From: Leucoraja ocellata
Taxonomy: Eukaryota
Length of the DNA stretch: 64,000 bases
Reading direction: 5' to 3'
Assembly: GCA_036785375.1 (NCBI GenBank)
Contig: JAWMAR010000053.1
Coordinates: forward strand, 4,588,001 to 4,652,000
This document shows, piece by piece, positions 1 to 11,333 of this stretch (position 1 is its first letter; each line of letters opens with the position of its first letter). The position numbers were made by a program, and so were the translations under genes. The notes beneath the pieces were generated by a model, which saw only the letters and a list, made by a program, of their open reading frames with translations, did not search any database and was not told the DNA's origin.

Positions 1-116
1 AATGGGTTTGTAAATTTGCTTATATTAATGCATAATGCTTTGAATTTGCATGTGTTCTATTAATCTTTTTATACAAAAGATATGTAATTAATCTTTTTGG
101 ATGGATTTTTTTGCAG

Positions 117-416
117 ATATTCCTGGACCTCCACAGCCTCCATTTGACATTTCAGAAATTGATGTTGATGCATGTAGTCTTAATTGGCATATACCATTCG
201 AAGATGGAGGCAGCAACATAACAAACTATGTTGTTGAAAAATGTGATTTAAGCCGTGGGGACTGGGTTACAGCCATAGCTTCTGTAACTAAAACAAACTG
301 TCGGATTGGTAAACTTATCTCTGGCAATGAATACATGTTGCGTGTTCGTGCAGAAAACAGATTCGGTGTTTCAGAGCCACTTACCTCTGCAAAAATGATT
401 GCAAAATATCAATTTG
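117..416 (+). CDS. TTN: Titin exon, Fn3 (A47), 300 nt
   Basis: ttgcag|ATATTCCT ... TTTG|gtaagt; DIPGPP...YVVEK...RVRAEN. Confidence 0.95.
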
Positions 417-501
417 GTAAGTTATGAAGTAACACATTTATCTTAAGATCTCAACATCTTGCTTGAGAGATGCCCATAATCAATATTTCTTTCATCCACA
501 G

Positions 502-804
502 ATGTTCCAAGTGAACCAAGGAATGTACGTATCACAAAGGTGAACAAGGATTGCATGTTTGTTGCATGGGAGAGGCCGGAATCTGATGGTGGTAGTCCCA
601 TCACTGGATATATTATTGAACGTAAAGAAAGGAATAGTCTTCTTTGGGTAAAAGGAAATGACACTTCTATCCGTACTACTGAGTATCCATGTTCGGGTCT
701 AATTGAAGGACTAGAGTATACCTTCAGAGTCATTGCACTAAACAGAGCAGGACCCAGCAAACCAAGTAAAGCAACTGAATTTGAAACTGCCAGGACGCCT
801 GTGG
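502..804 (+). CDS. TTN: Titin exon, Fn3 (A48), 303 nt
   Basis: cacag|ATGTT ... GTGG|gtaagt; WERPESDGGSPITGY. Confidence 0.95.
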
Positions 805-914
805 GTAAGTTTTCCAAAAAATTGAAAATAGTTATTAAATTATTTTATTTAAGGCAACTTAAATTCTATTGGCTTTGTATGTAACAAAACACGTATATTG
901 TTATTCTGCAACAG

Positions 915-1214
915 ATCCACCAGGCAAACCTGAAGCTGTTGATGTGACAAATAATTCTGTATCTCTTGTTTGGGCAAAACCAAAACACGATGGTGGAAGT
1001 AAATTGATCGGCTATTACGTTGAAGCCTGTAAATTGCCTGGTGATAAGTGGATACGGTGCAATACTAACTACCAAAATGTGCCTCGTGAGGAATTCACTG
1101 TTACCAGTCTTGAAGAAGGTGCACAGTATCAATTCAGGGCTATTGCAAAGACTGCAGTTAATATGAGCAAGCCATCCGAACCTTCAGACCCAATGACCAT
1201 CTTGACAGAGCATG
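915..1214 (+). CDS. TTN: Titin exon, Fn3 (A49), 300 nt
   Basis: aacag|ATCCA ... CATG|gtaaaa; DPPGKP...HDGGSK. Confidence 0.95.
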
Positions 1215-1343
1215 GTAAAAAAATTATATCACTATCATTTTTTAATTTGATTCTAATTTTTGATTTTACAATACAAGACATTAAAATAAATTAGTGGATT
1301 AATGTAAACAAATATTCACAGTAATGCTTTCTTCAATTTGCAG

Positions 1344-1631
1344 TTGCACCAAAAATTGATTTGGGTGTGGTGATGAAATCGCTGATCACTGTAAAGGCTG
1401 GATCAAATGTTTGTCTAGACGCTAATGTCTTTGGAAAGCCTTTTCCAAAAATCACATGGAAGAAAGATGGCACGATAATAACATCCGGTGAAGGCGTTAA
1501 GATAACCAGAGTAAGGAATCTGTGCACACTTGAACTATTTAGTGTACAAAGAAAAGAAACTGGAGAGTACACAATTATTGCAGAAAACCAGAGTGGATCC
1601 AAATCAGCCCATGCAAAACTGAAAGTACTCG
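1344..1631 (+). CDS. TTN: Titin exon, Ig (A50), 288 nt
   Basis: tgcag|TTGCA ... CTCG|gtaaat; GKPFPKITW...GEYT. Confidence 0.95.
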
Positions 1632-1895
1632 GTAAATAAATTATGCTACTTTATATACTGTATGTATGAATCTACTGTTAACTGTACAGGTGCTTTGTAA
1701 AATATGCAAATTTATCGATATTTAATAAATAACAAATATCTCTTGAGAAAGTCATGCATTAAAATAATATTTTTCCTTGAGAAGCTAATGACTAAAAGGG
1801 GGAAAAACAAAATGTTAAAATAAATTGACTTATTCCAAAGAAAAATATTTTTGTTAAACATTGATAGATCTTAATTTCTGGGGTTTTTTTTACAG

Positions 1896-2192
1896 ATAAA
1901 CCTGGTCCGCCAGTTTCTATCAAGATTGGCAATGTATATTCAGATCGTGTTATATTGAGTTGGGAACCTCCTCTCGAAGATGGTGGTGCTGAGATTACAA
2001 ACTACATTGTTGACAAACGTGAGACAAGCCGTCCTAATTGGGCTCAAGTTACTACTAATGTACAACTTACAAAGTGTGGTGTAGAAAAGCTGATTGAAGG
2101 ACATGAATACCAATTCCGTGTCAGTGCTGAAAACAAGTATGGCATTGGTGACGCAATAATGACAAATTCAGTTGTTGCCAAGAATCCATATG
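1896..2192 (+). CDS. TTN: Titin exon, Fn3 (A51), 297 nt
   Basis: tacag|ATAAA ... TATG|gtaatt; DKPGPP...KRETSR. Confidence 0.95.
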
Positions 2193-2283
2193 GTAATTTT
2201 AAAATGTTGGCTTTGTAGCTATTTTTATTTTGAATTTATTAATACTTAAAACATATCTAATACATACTGTGTATTCTTTGTAG

Positions 2284-2586
2284 ATGTACCTGGGCCATGT
2301 GATCCTCCAGTAATTAGCAACATCACCAAAGATCATATGACTGTTAGCTGGAAAGCACCATCAGACGATGGTGGCTCTCCTGTGACTGGATATTTACTGG
2401 AGAAACGTGAGGCAAGTGCTGTAAGCTGGTCAAAAGTCAATAGGAGGCCAGTATTGGATAGAACTGTTAAAGCTACAGGACTTCAGGAAGGAACTGAGTA
2501 TGAATACAGAGTTATTGCTTTGAATAAAGCTGGACCAGGCAAACCCAGTGAACCTTCTAAATCAGCAATTGCTTTGGATCCTCAAT
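2284..2586 (+). CDS. TTN: Titin exon, Fn3 (A52), 303 nt
   Basis: gtag|ATGTA ... CAAT|gtaagc; [10 protein letters not shown]. Confidence 0.95.
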
Positions 2587-2683
2587 GTAAGCAGATATAT
2601 AATCATATCTATATATGGGTATATTTTATTGTGATCTTTTCTTTTCTAACAATTTTTTCATATAAATTATTATTTTCACTTAG

Positions 2684-2989
2684 ATCCCCCAGGACCTCCT
2701 GCTTTCCCAAAAGTCATCGATACAACTCGTAGTACGATCAGCTTGTCGTGGAGTAAACCAGCCTATGATGGTGGCAGTCCGATTTTGGGATATCTAGTTG
2801 AAGTTAAACGTGCTGATGCTGAAAACTGGATAAAATGCAATATTCCAAGGGCTCTCCATGAAACAAACTATACTGCAACAGGACTATGTGATGGAACTGA
2901 ATACCAGTTCCGTGTAAGCGCAGTTAACAAAATAGGTTTCAGTGATCCAAGCGAAGTGCCTGAAAAACATACAGCCAAGGATATACTGA
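2684..2989 (+). CDS. TTN: Titin exon, Fn3 (A53), 306 nt
   Basis: ttag|ATCCC ... CTGA|gtaagt; [10 protein letters not shown]. Confidence 0.95.
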
Positions 2990-3389
2990 GTAAGTTTCAA
3001 AATTAATATGTAGGAAATTAAACGATGTGTCATAAAATAACCAACACATTAGATATCTGTCCTTTTGCTGATTCCCTTGTCAATTTCAAACAACTAAATT
3101 AATGCAGAATGTAATCTCATACCATAATTTCAAATATTCATGGACAAGTATCTGAAAGAATAATCACAATTCTGCACTTCCATTCTTCTAATTTGTCTGG
3201 GTTTCTTATCCCTTCCTGTTTCCGAGTTAATATCTCCACCTCTCTTGCATGTCACTTTCTTTCACTTTTGTTTCATGGGCCTGGAACTAGAGTTATTGCA
3301 CAAGGAAGAACTATTGGAAGGGATTCATGGAAAACTATCAAAACCATTCCCTACCATAATGAAAGGTGTTCGTTGGGGTGGGAGTAGCA

Positions 3390-3610
3390 TGGTACAGAGC
3401 AAAAAAACAAATTAGGAGCAGGAGGAGGCCCCTTAGCCTCTCAAGTATCTTCCATCATTTATAAGTTCATGGCTGCTCTTATTGTAAAATCAGTTCTACA
3501 TTCCTGCCCATCCCTGTAATCTCTTGTTCCGTACTTACCAAGATTCTATTTTGGCTTTTAAAAGATTCAAATACTTTATTTCCCCACCCTATGACGACGA
3601 GAGTTCTCAA
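3390..3610 (-). mobile_element. Degraded CR1 LINE 3' end, antisense
   Basis: aattaggagcaggaggaggcc...tcatggctg is close to the reverse complement of the CR1 3'UTR at ~6917-6990 in this window; boundaries approximate. Confidence 0.65.
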
Positions 3611-3726
3611 TGGTGCAATAAGATGGCAAGGCAGATGGCTCTGGTTCTGTGATCTGTTAGATGTACATCACTGATGCACATACTAAATATGGTAATAGAG
3701 ATTTCATTACTTATTTTTCTGAACAG

Positions 3727-4014
3727 TTGCTCCTGAAGCAGATCTCGACGCTGACTTAAGGAAGGTACTTGTTCTCCGTGCTGGTGTCACAATGCGAATC
3801 TACGTGCCTGTGAGAGGTCGACCTACACCAAAGATTAGTTGGGCTAAGATGGATGCCAACATCAAAGATAGACAAGGACTCGATATCAGAATTTCAGATT
3901 ATGACACGATGTTATACTGTGAGAATGTGAATAGATACGATGCTGGAAAATACATTTTAACTTTAGAAAATAGCAGTGGAGTAAAGGCATACACAATTAT
4001 TGTAAAGGTTCTTG
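3727..4014 (+). CDS. TTN: Titin exon, Ig (A54, start of super-repeat C2), 288 nt
   Basis: aacag|TTGCT ... CTTG|gtaagt; [13 protein letters not shown]. Confidence 0.95.
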
Positions 4015-4127
4015 GTAAGTTATTAATTATTTCATAAAAAGTAATATTTTATTAATTTAGAGCTAGTTGATTGTTATTGTTTTATTTTATGAGGCAGCTA
4101 CTTACTTACTTTTACCTTTTAAATTAG

Positions 4128-4418
4128 ACACTCCTGGTCCTCCAATTAATCTTATTGTTAAGGAAACATCTAAAGATCATGCTGTTATATCCTGGGATCC
4201 TCCTCTTATTGATGGCGGCAGCCCAGTAAAAAACTACATTGTAGAGAAACGAGATGCTGAAAGAAAGGCATGGTCAACTGTAGCAACTGAATGTTCCAAG
4301 ACAAGTTTCAGAGTTATCAACTTGGAAGAGAGTAAATATTACTACTTCAGAGTACTAGCTGAAAATGAATATGGCATTGGTGAACCATGTGAGACGAAAA
4401 ATGCTGTGAAAGCTTCAG
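4128..4418 (+). CDS. TTN: Titin exon, Fn3 (A55), 291 nt
   Basis: attag|ACACT ... TCAG|gtaaga; DTPGPP. Confidence 0.95.
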
Positions 4419-4535
4419 GTAAGAAATAAAAAGTTACGACTTCAGGATGTAGCATAATTATTTTTCAGAATGTTAAACAGAAAACTTAAAACTGCAATAA
4501 TTTTCTACTAATAACAACACATTTTCTTAATGCAG

Positions 4536-4823
4536 AGGAGCCTGGGCCAGTGGTAGACTTGAAAGCTTCAGCTATATCTAAGAAATCATGCACTTTGGTG
4601 TGGAAGAAACCAACAAGTGATGGTGGATCTCGAATTATTAGTTATGTTGTTGAAAAAATGCTTGAAGGGGATAAATGGTGTGAGTTGATGAGGTCCAAGA
4701 ATATGCAATTTCAAATTAATGATCTGCAAGAAGGGAAAGAATACACTTTCAGAGTAAGATCACAGAATGATGCAGGATACAGTGTACCACGTGAAATTAC
4801 AATCCAGGCAAAGGATCAAGTTG
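4536..4823 (+). CDS. TTN: Titin exon, Fn3 (A56), 288 nt
   Basis: tgcag|AGGAG ... GTTG|gtgagt; [10 protein letters not shown]. Confidence 0.95.
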
Positions 4824-5094
4824 GTGAGTATTCTTCACATTATTCTAATAGCATGCTCCTGAGGATATCTTCTGTTATGTGTAGGAAAATGTGGCAGTAC
4901 TGCATGAGATGAATAGTCAATGTCAAGAAAGGAATGTTGATGTTATTATTTCAATATATGTTATTCACATTAAATTCATTGATGCTTATACTTTATCCTG
5001 GAATAAATACAAATTGAATTACAGATGTAATGCATTGAATAGTAGGTTAAACAATATTTGATAATAGGAATTACCAAACTAGATATAGATAGAA

Positions 5095-5300
5095 AGGAAT
5101 GTTTATATAACACATTATCATATTACTCAGAATGATTTAAAGTGGATTTACAGCCAGTGAATTCTGAGTGTTATCATGTTAATCAGTGAAAAAATAACTG
5201 GAATTGAGATAAATAACCTAGACACCTTTTCATTAAAAAAATAATATTTTCTAGAGTTTCAGGAAAATTATCTATTCTTTGTCAAATAATGCAAGCATTT
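5095..5300 (-). mobile_element. Possible very old SINE remnant (shark SacSINE/Deu-type 3' region), antisense
   Basis: tttatataac...tttacagccagtgaa...caggaaaattatctattctttgtcaaataatgc loosely resembles my recollection of that SINE; highly diverged. Confidence 0.3.
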
Positions 5301-5354
5301 GAACCAAATTGATGGTGGTTGACCATAATATCTCAGGAATTATTCATACATCGA

Positions 5355-6999
5355 CCAAAGAAATTTTCATTAAGCGAGAAATAGTATTGGGTAGGCTAAT
5401 GGGATTGAAGGATGATAAATCCCCTGGGCCTGATGGCCTGCATCCCAGGGTCCTCAGGGAGGTGGCTCTAGAGATAGTGGACACATTGGTGATAATTTTC
5501 CAATGCTCAATAGATTCAGGATCAGTTCCTGTGGATTGGAGGATAGCTAATGTTATCCCACTTTTCAAGAAAGGAGCGAGAGAGAAAACGAGGAATTACA
5601 GACCAGTTAGCCTGACTTCAGTGGTGGGAAAGATGCTGGAGTCAATTATTAAAGAGGTAATAATGGGGCAATTGCATAGCAGTAAAAGGATTAGTCCAAG
5701 TCAACATGGCTTTATGAAAGGGAAATCATGCTTGACTAATCTTCTGGAATTTTTTGAGGATGTGACAAATAATATGAATGAAGGGGAGCCAGTGGATGTA
5801 GTGTACCTAGATTTTCAGAAAGCATTTGATAAGGTCCCGCACAGGTGACTGGTGACTAAAATTAGAGCACATGGTATTGGTGGTAGGGTGTTGACATGCA
5901 TAGAAAATTGGTTGGCAGACAGGAAACAAAGAGTAGGAGTGAACGGGTCCTTTTCAGAATGGCAGGCAGTGGCGAGTAGAGTGCCGCAAGGCTCGGTGTT
6001 GGGGCCGCAACTGTTTACCAAATATATGAATGATTTGGAAGAGGGAATTAGGAGCAACACAAGCAAGTATGCGGATGACACAAAGCTGGGAGTGTGAACT
6101 GTGAAGAGGATGTTAGGAAGTTGCAGGGTGACCTGACCTGGACAGGTTGAATGAGTGGGCAGATGTGTGGCAGTTGCAGTATAATATAGATAAATGTGAG
6201 GTTACCCATTTTGGCGGCAAAAACAAGGGGGCAGATTATTACCTCAATGGGGTTAGGTTAGGTAATGGGGAGGTGCAGCGAGACCTGGGTGTCCTTGTAC
6301 ACCAGTCACTGAAAGTTGGTGTGCCGGTACAGCAGGCAGTGAAGAAAGCTAATGGAATGTCGGCCTTCATAACAAGAGTATTTCAGTATAGGAGTAGAGA
6401 GGTTCTTTTGCAGTTGTATATGGCTCTAGTAAGACCACACCTGGAGTATTGTGTACAGTTTTGGTCTCCTAATTTGCGGAAGGACATCCTTGTGATTTAG
6501 GCAGTGCAGCATAGGTTCACGAGGTTGATCCCTGGGATGGCGGGACTGTCATATGAGGAAAGATTGAAAAGACTAGACTTGTATCCACTGGAGTTTAGAA
6601 GGATGAGGGGGATCTTATAGAAACATAAAAAAATTATAAAAGGACTGGACAAGCTAGATGCAGGAAAATTGTTCCCAATGTTGGGCGAGTCCAGAACTAG
6701 GGGCCACAGTCTTAGAATAAAAGGGAGGTCATTTAAGACTGAGGTGAGAAAAAACATTTTCACCCAGAGAGTTGTGAATTTGTGGAATTCCCTGCCACAG
6801 AGGGTAGTGGAGGCCAAATCACTGGATGGATTTAAGAGAGAGTTAGATAGAGCTCTAGGGGCTAGTGGAATCAAAGGATATGGGGAGAAGGCAGGCATGG
6901 GTTATTGATTGGGGACGATCAGCCATGATCACAATGAATGGCGGTGCTGGCTCGAAGGGCCAATGGCCTCCTCCTGCACCTATTTTCTATGTTTCTATT
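5355..6999 (+). mobile_element. 5'-truncated CR1 LINE (disrupted ORF2 reverse transcriptase plus 3'UTR)
   Basis: KSPGPDG, NYRPVSLTS, YLDFQKAFDKVPH, VPQGSVLGP and YADD motifs; TGA at 5846-5848 and frameshifts; tail ttctatgtttcta. Confidence 0.95.
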
Positions 7000-7132
7000 G
7001 TGTTGCCTTCCTACATACAGATGATCAATAAATAGCGCAGAGTTTACCAAGCGTTCACCTAGATTCACAAAAGATCAAGTAACAGTGTACATGGCAAACT
7101 ATTGGGAAATCATAGGAGGATGTCCAACTAGA

Positions 7133-7738
7133 TTGAGTATAGAAGCTGGGATGTAATGTTAAAATTGTACAAGGCATTGGTGAGACCAAATCTGGAGTAT
7201 GGTGTACAATTTTGGTCGCCCAATTATAGGAAGGATGTCAACAAAATAGAGAGAGTACAGAGGAGATTTACTAGAATGTTGCCTGGGTTTCAACAACTAA
7301 GTTACAGAGAAAGGTTGAATAAGTTAGGTCTTTATTCTCTGGAGCGCAGAAGGTTAAGGGGGGACTTGATAGAGGTCTTTATAATGATGAGAGGGATAGA
7401 CAGAGTTGATGTGGACAAGCTTTTCCCTTTGAGAATAGGGAAGATTCAAACAAGAGGACATGACTTCAGAATTAAGGGACAGATGTTTAGGCGTAACATG
7501 AGAGGGAACTTCTTTACTCAGAGAGTGGTAGCGGTGTGGAATGAGCTTCCAGTGGAAGTGGTGGAGGCAGGTTCATTAGTATCATTTAAAAATAAATTGG
7601 ATAGGCATATGGATGAGAAGGGAATGGAGGGTTATGGTATGAGTGCAGGCAGGTGGGACTAAGGGAAAATAATTGTTCGCACTTGTAGGGCCGAGATGGC
7701 CTGTTTCCGTGCTGTAATTGTTATATGGTTATATGGTT
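7133..7738 (+). mobile_element. Second, younger 5'-truncated CR1 LINE of a different subfamily
   Basis: Uninterrupted ORF2 C-terminus 7156-7662 (LVRPNLEYGVQFWSP...RRLRGDLIEV...FFTQRVV); tail (ttatatgg)x2. Confidence 0.95.
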
Positions 7739-8059
7739 AGAAGACTGGGCCCAGGAATGTAATATAATTAATAAGTAGCAGCATTAACCTAAAACCACAA
7801 TAATCCATTAAGATTTTTTCATTGTAATTGGATACCTCATCACCAGTAGATGAAACGATTTTGTCTGACTAATTCATCAGTTCATTCTACAAAGTTCCAT
7901 AAATAATTTTATAACATTATGCAGAAGAGAGCAAAATGAGAACTAGGAAAGGCAAATCAAGTGTAAGAGCATTAATGACAAGATAGTAGGGCTGTCTCGA
8001 ATGGATTTACGTCCAGATACATAAAACACTCAATCCTAGTCAATTGCTGGTAAGGATTG

Positions 8060-8190
8060 GAATACAGGGGAAGAAGTTGCATGCCATTATATAGAAATTT
8101 GTCCAAACCCCATCTAAAGTATTGAGCTGAACTCAGGGGATAATGCCTCAGGAAAAAAGGTGGAGAAAGTTTACCTGAATTAAATCAAAA
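8060..8190 (+). mobile_element. Possible ancient CR1 ORF2 remnant
   Basis: tatagaaatttgtccaaaccccatctaaagtattg resembles the LY..LVRPHLEYC-coding segment at 6413-6455. Confidence 0.35.
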
Positions 8191-8713
8191 CAGTAGTTAA
8201 ATTCAGCATTTCAAGATAAGCTTTTACTGAGATAATTTCAGAAACATAGATATGCATCTAAAATAGGTAAATGGAAGTGTGATATAGTACTAATTAGTCA
8301 AGATCTAACTGACCCATTTTGAAAAGTTAAATTAAAACCAAAACATCTTAAGTGATTATTATTGTCTTAGGGTAACACTATTCCTCGTATTGCTGTTGTA
8401 TGATATACATATTGTTTCCACCACTGCTGAAAAAGTTCCAAAGCAAAATAAAACACATTTGCTTCATAATTAAAGCCAAATAGAGTTTGTGATTCTGATA
8501 ATTGTAAAGGTGGCCATAAGCTATTAAAATTATATTTTTTAATTGTTATCACCCAATGTTGTCAATTTTTTTAACATAGGGTGTATTCACCTTAAGATTT
8601 TACTTATTAAAACATTTTGGGTTATCATTAACACATAGCAATGGTTTCTAAATCTAATTGTAAAAGCTGTCATTTGTATTTTCTAAACTAAATTATACTC
8701 TTTAACTTAACAG

Positions 8714-9301
8714 TTCCTCCAGGTATTGATCTAAAAGACATCCCTGATCTAACATACATTGCCAAGGAGGGAAGTAATATCCGTATAAAGATTCCAATCA
8801 GTGGGAAACCTGCACCAAAAGTAACGTGGAAGAGAGGTGAAGACCAGCTGCAGGAAAGTGGAAGAGTATCTGTGGAATCTTCAGCAGTTTATACAACCCT
8901 TACAGTCCGGGAATGTCAAAAGAATGATGCTGGAAAATACACAATTAACTTGAAGAATTCTGCTGGCAGTAAAGAAGCAACAATCTTCATGAAAGTAGTT
9001 GGAAAACCTGGAATACCGACTGCACCAATACGTTTCAACGAAGTAACAGCAGAGGCAATGACTTTAAGCTGGGCCGCTCCTAAGGATGACGGTGGTGCAG
9101 AAATAACAAATTATATTTTGGAAAAGCGGGATAATGTCACCAATAAATGGGTGACATGTGCCTCTGCTGTACAAAAAACAACATTCAGAATTACAAGGCT
9201 TCATGAAGGAACTGAGTATACGTTTAGAGTCAGTGCTGAAAATAAATATGGAGTGGGCGAAGGGCTAAAATCAGACTCTATCATAGCCAGGCATCCATTT
9301 G
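8714..9301 (+). CDS. TTN: Titin exon, Ig+Fn3 (A57-A58), 588 nt
   Basis: aacag|TTCCT ... TTTG|gtaagt. Confidence 0.95.
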
Positions 9302-9391
9302 GTAAGTATCACTCAAGTTTGTAACAAATTTTGATTGCAGTGTGATATTTGTTTTAAAACTGACTGGTATTTCTCATTCCCCTTCCCCAAG

Positions 9392-9496
9392 ATGTGCCCG
9401 ATGCTCCTTTGCCACCCGAAATAGTTGCAGTCAGACATGACTCTGTCTCCCTGACATGGTTGGATCCGAAGAGGAATGGTGGATCCCCTATTACAG
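9392..9496 (+). CDS. TTN: Titin exon, N-terminal half of Fn3 A59, 105 nt
   Basis: ccaag|ATGTG ... ACAG|gtacaa; DVPDAP...[14 protein letters not shown]. Confidence 0.9.
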
Positions 9497-9575
9497 GTAC
9501 AAGGAATAAATATCTCCTTTTAAACCAATAATTAAACATGAACATTTTATAACATTTATTCTCATTTTGAAACAG

Positions 9576-9773
9576 GCTATCACGTGGAGTATAAGGAAAG
9601 AAACAGTCTCCTTTGGAAGCGAGCAAGTAAGACACCACTAAGAATGAGGGATCTCAGAGTACCAGGTCTGACTGAAGGTCTTGAATATGAATTTAGAGTT
9701 ATGGCAATTAACTTAGCTGGTATTGGCAAACCAAGTGCCCCATCACATCCTGTAACTGCTCTTGATCCAATTG
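9576..9773 (+). CDS. TTN: Titin exon, C-terminal half of Fn3 A59, 198 nt
   Basis: aacag|GCTAT ... ATTG|gtaggt; [10 protein letters not shown]. Confidence 0.93.
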
Positions 9774-9864
9774 GTAGGTTAAAGCCATTGCACAATTGCT
9801 CATATAACATTCCATAATATACATGACAACATCATCAATTGACATATAAAATGCTTATTTTCAG

Positions 9865-10161
9865 ATCCTCCTGGAAAACCTGAGGTAATTAATGTAACCC
9901 GCAACTCTGTGACCTTAATGTGGACTGAGCCAGCGTACGATGGTGGTCACAAACTAATTGGCTACATGGTTGAGAAACGTGTCCTGCCTTCGAAGGCTTG
10001 GTTGAAAGCAAATCATGTTAACGTTCAACAGTGTGCTTTTACTGTTAATGACCTTACTGAGGGATGCAAGTATGAATTCCGTATCAAGGCAAAGAACGCA
10101 GCAGGTGCAATTAGTCTGCCGTCTGAAACAACAGGAACTATTATCTGCCAGGATGAATATG
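9865..10161 (+). CDS. TTN: Titin exon, Fn3 (A60), 297 nt
   Basis: ttcag|ATCCT ... TATG|gtatgt. Confidence 0.95.
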
Positions 10162-10251
10162 GTATGTAATTTTCCCTCATCACCCCCACATGAATACATA
10201 ATTAAAAGTGGTAAAAAGCTGTATTATTAATTAATATTCTTTACTCCACAG

Positions 10252-10839
10252 TGTCACCAACTATTGTGATTGATCCAACGGTTAAAGAAGGCTTAACAGT
10301 TAAAGCTGGTGATACTATTATAATCACTGCAACAAGTATTCTTGGCAAACCTCCACCAACGTCAGTGTGGTCTAAGGGAGGAAAATATTTCAAGGTTTCT
10401 GACATTGTCCACATTGAAGAAATGCCAACAAGCTCAACACTATCCATTAAATATGCCACTAGAAAAGATTCTGGTGAATATACTATTACTGCAAGCAATC
10501 CATTCGGGACCAAAGAAGAAAGTGTACGTGTGAAAGTGTTAGATGTTCCAGGTCCTCCTGGACCTATTGAAATAAGCAACGTTTCATCTGAGAAAGTTAC
10601 GCTAAATTGGTTACCACCAGCTGAAGATGGCGGTTCTCCAATCAAATCTTACACAATTGAAAAGAGAGAAACCAGTCGTCTACTCTGGACTTTGGTTGCT
10701 GAAGATATTCCAAGTTGTAGATATGTAGCAAGCAAACTCATAAAAGGAAATGAATATATCTTCCGCATCTCTGCTGTAAATCAGTTTGGAGTTGGCGAGC
10801 CAGCACAGGCAGAACCTGTTAAGATAGTGGATGGTTTTG
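10252..10839 (+). CDS. TTN: Titin exon, Ig+Fn3 (A61-A62), 588 nt
   Basis: cacag|TGTCA ... TTTG|gtaata. Confidence 0.95.
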
Positions 10840-10933
10840 GTAATAATTCTTTTTTAAATCTGAAGCTTTGCACTAGTTTTATGTATTTAGCTTGACAAAA
10901 ATGTAAACTGCTGTTGTGATATTCCTCTTTCAG

Positions 10934-11236
10934 GTCCTCCTGGTCCGCCTGCCAAGCCTGACGTGACTAATGTTACCAAGAATACAGTTACTATTGGCTG
11001 GAAGAGACCAATTAATGACGGTGGTAGTGAAATCACAGGGTACATTGTGGAACGTAAAGAGAGGAAAGGTCTCAGGTGGATTAGAGTAACAAAGAAACCA
11101 ATCTCGGATCTACGACATAAAGCAACTGGACTAACTGAAGAAACTGAGTATGAATTCCGTGTCACTGCAGAGAATAAGGCAGGCTTGGGTCCACCAAGTG
11201 ATCCATCACAACCAGTATTAACAAAAGATGTTGCAT
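10934..11236 (+). CDS. TTN: Titin exon, Fn3 (A63), 303 nt
   Basis: ttcag|GTCCT ... GCAT|gtaagg. Confidence 0.95.
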
Positions 11237-11333
11237 GTAAGGATTACATTTACATTATTTTAAAACGTATTTTCTAAACAATTTCTGTGAATCAAGGCAT
11301 TGTTAAATCTAAATAAATCATTTATTCTTACAG

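Noticed and set aside
1-116. Internal titin promoter (Cronos-type)
   Set aside because: The known Cronos start lies near the I/A junction, well upstream of A47, and there is no supporting signal here.
5846-5848. In-frame TGA in CR1 ORF2 as possible readthrough or selenocysteine
   Set aside because: The same copy has frameshifts and is 5'-truncated; this is an ordinary disabling mutation.
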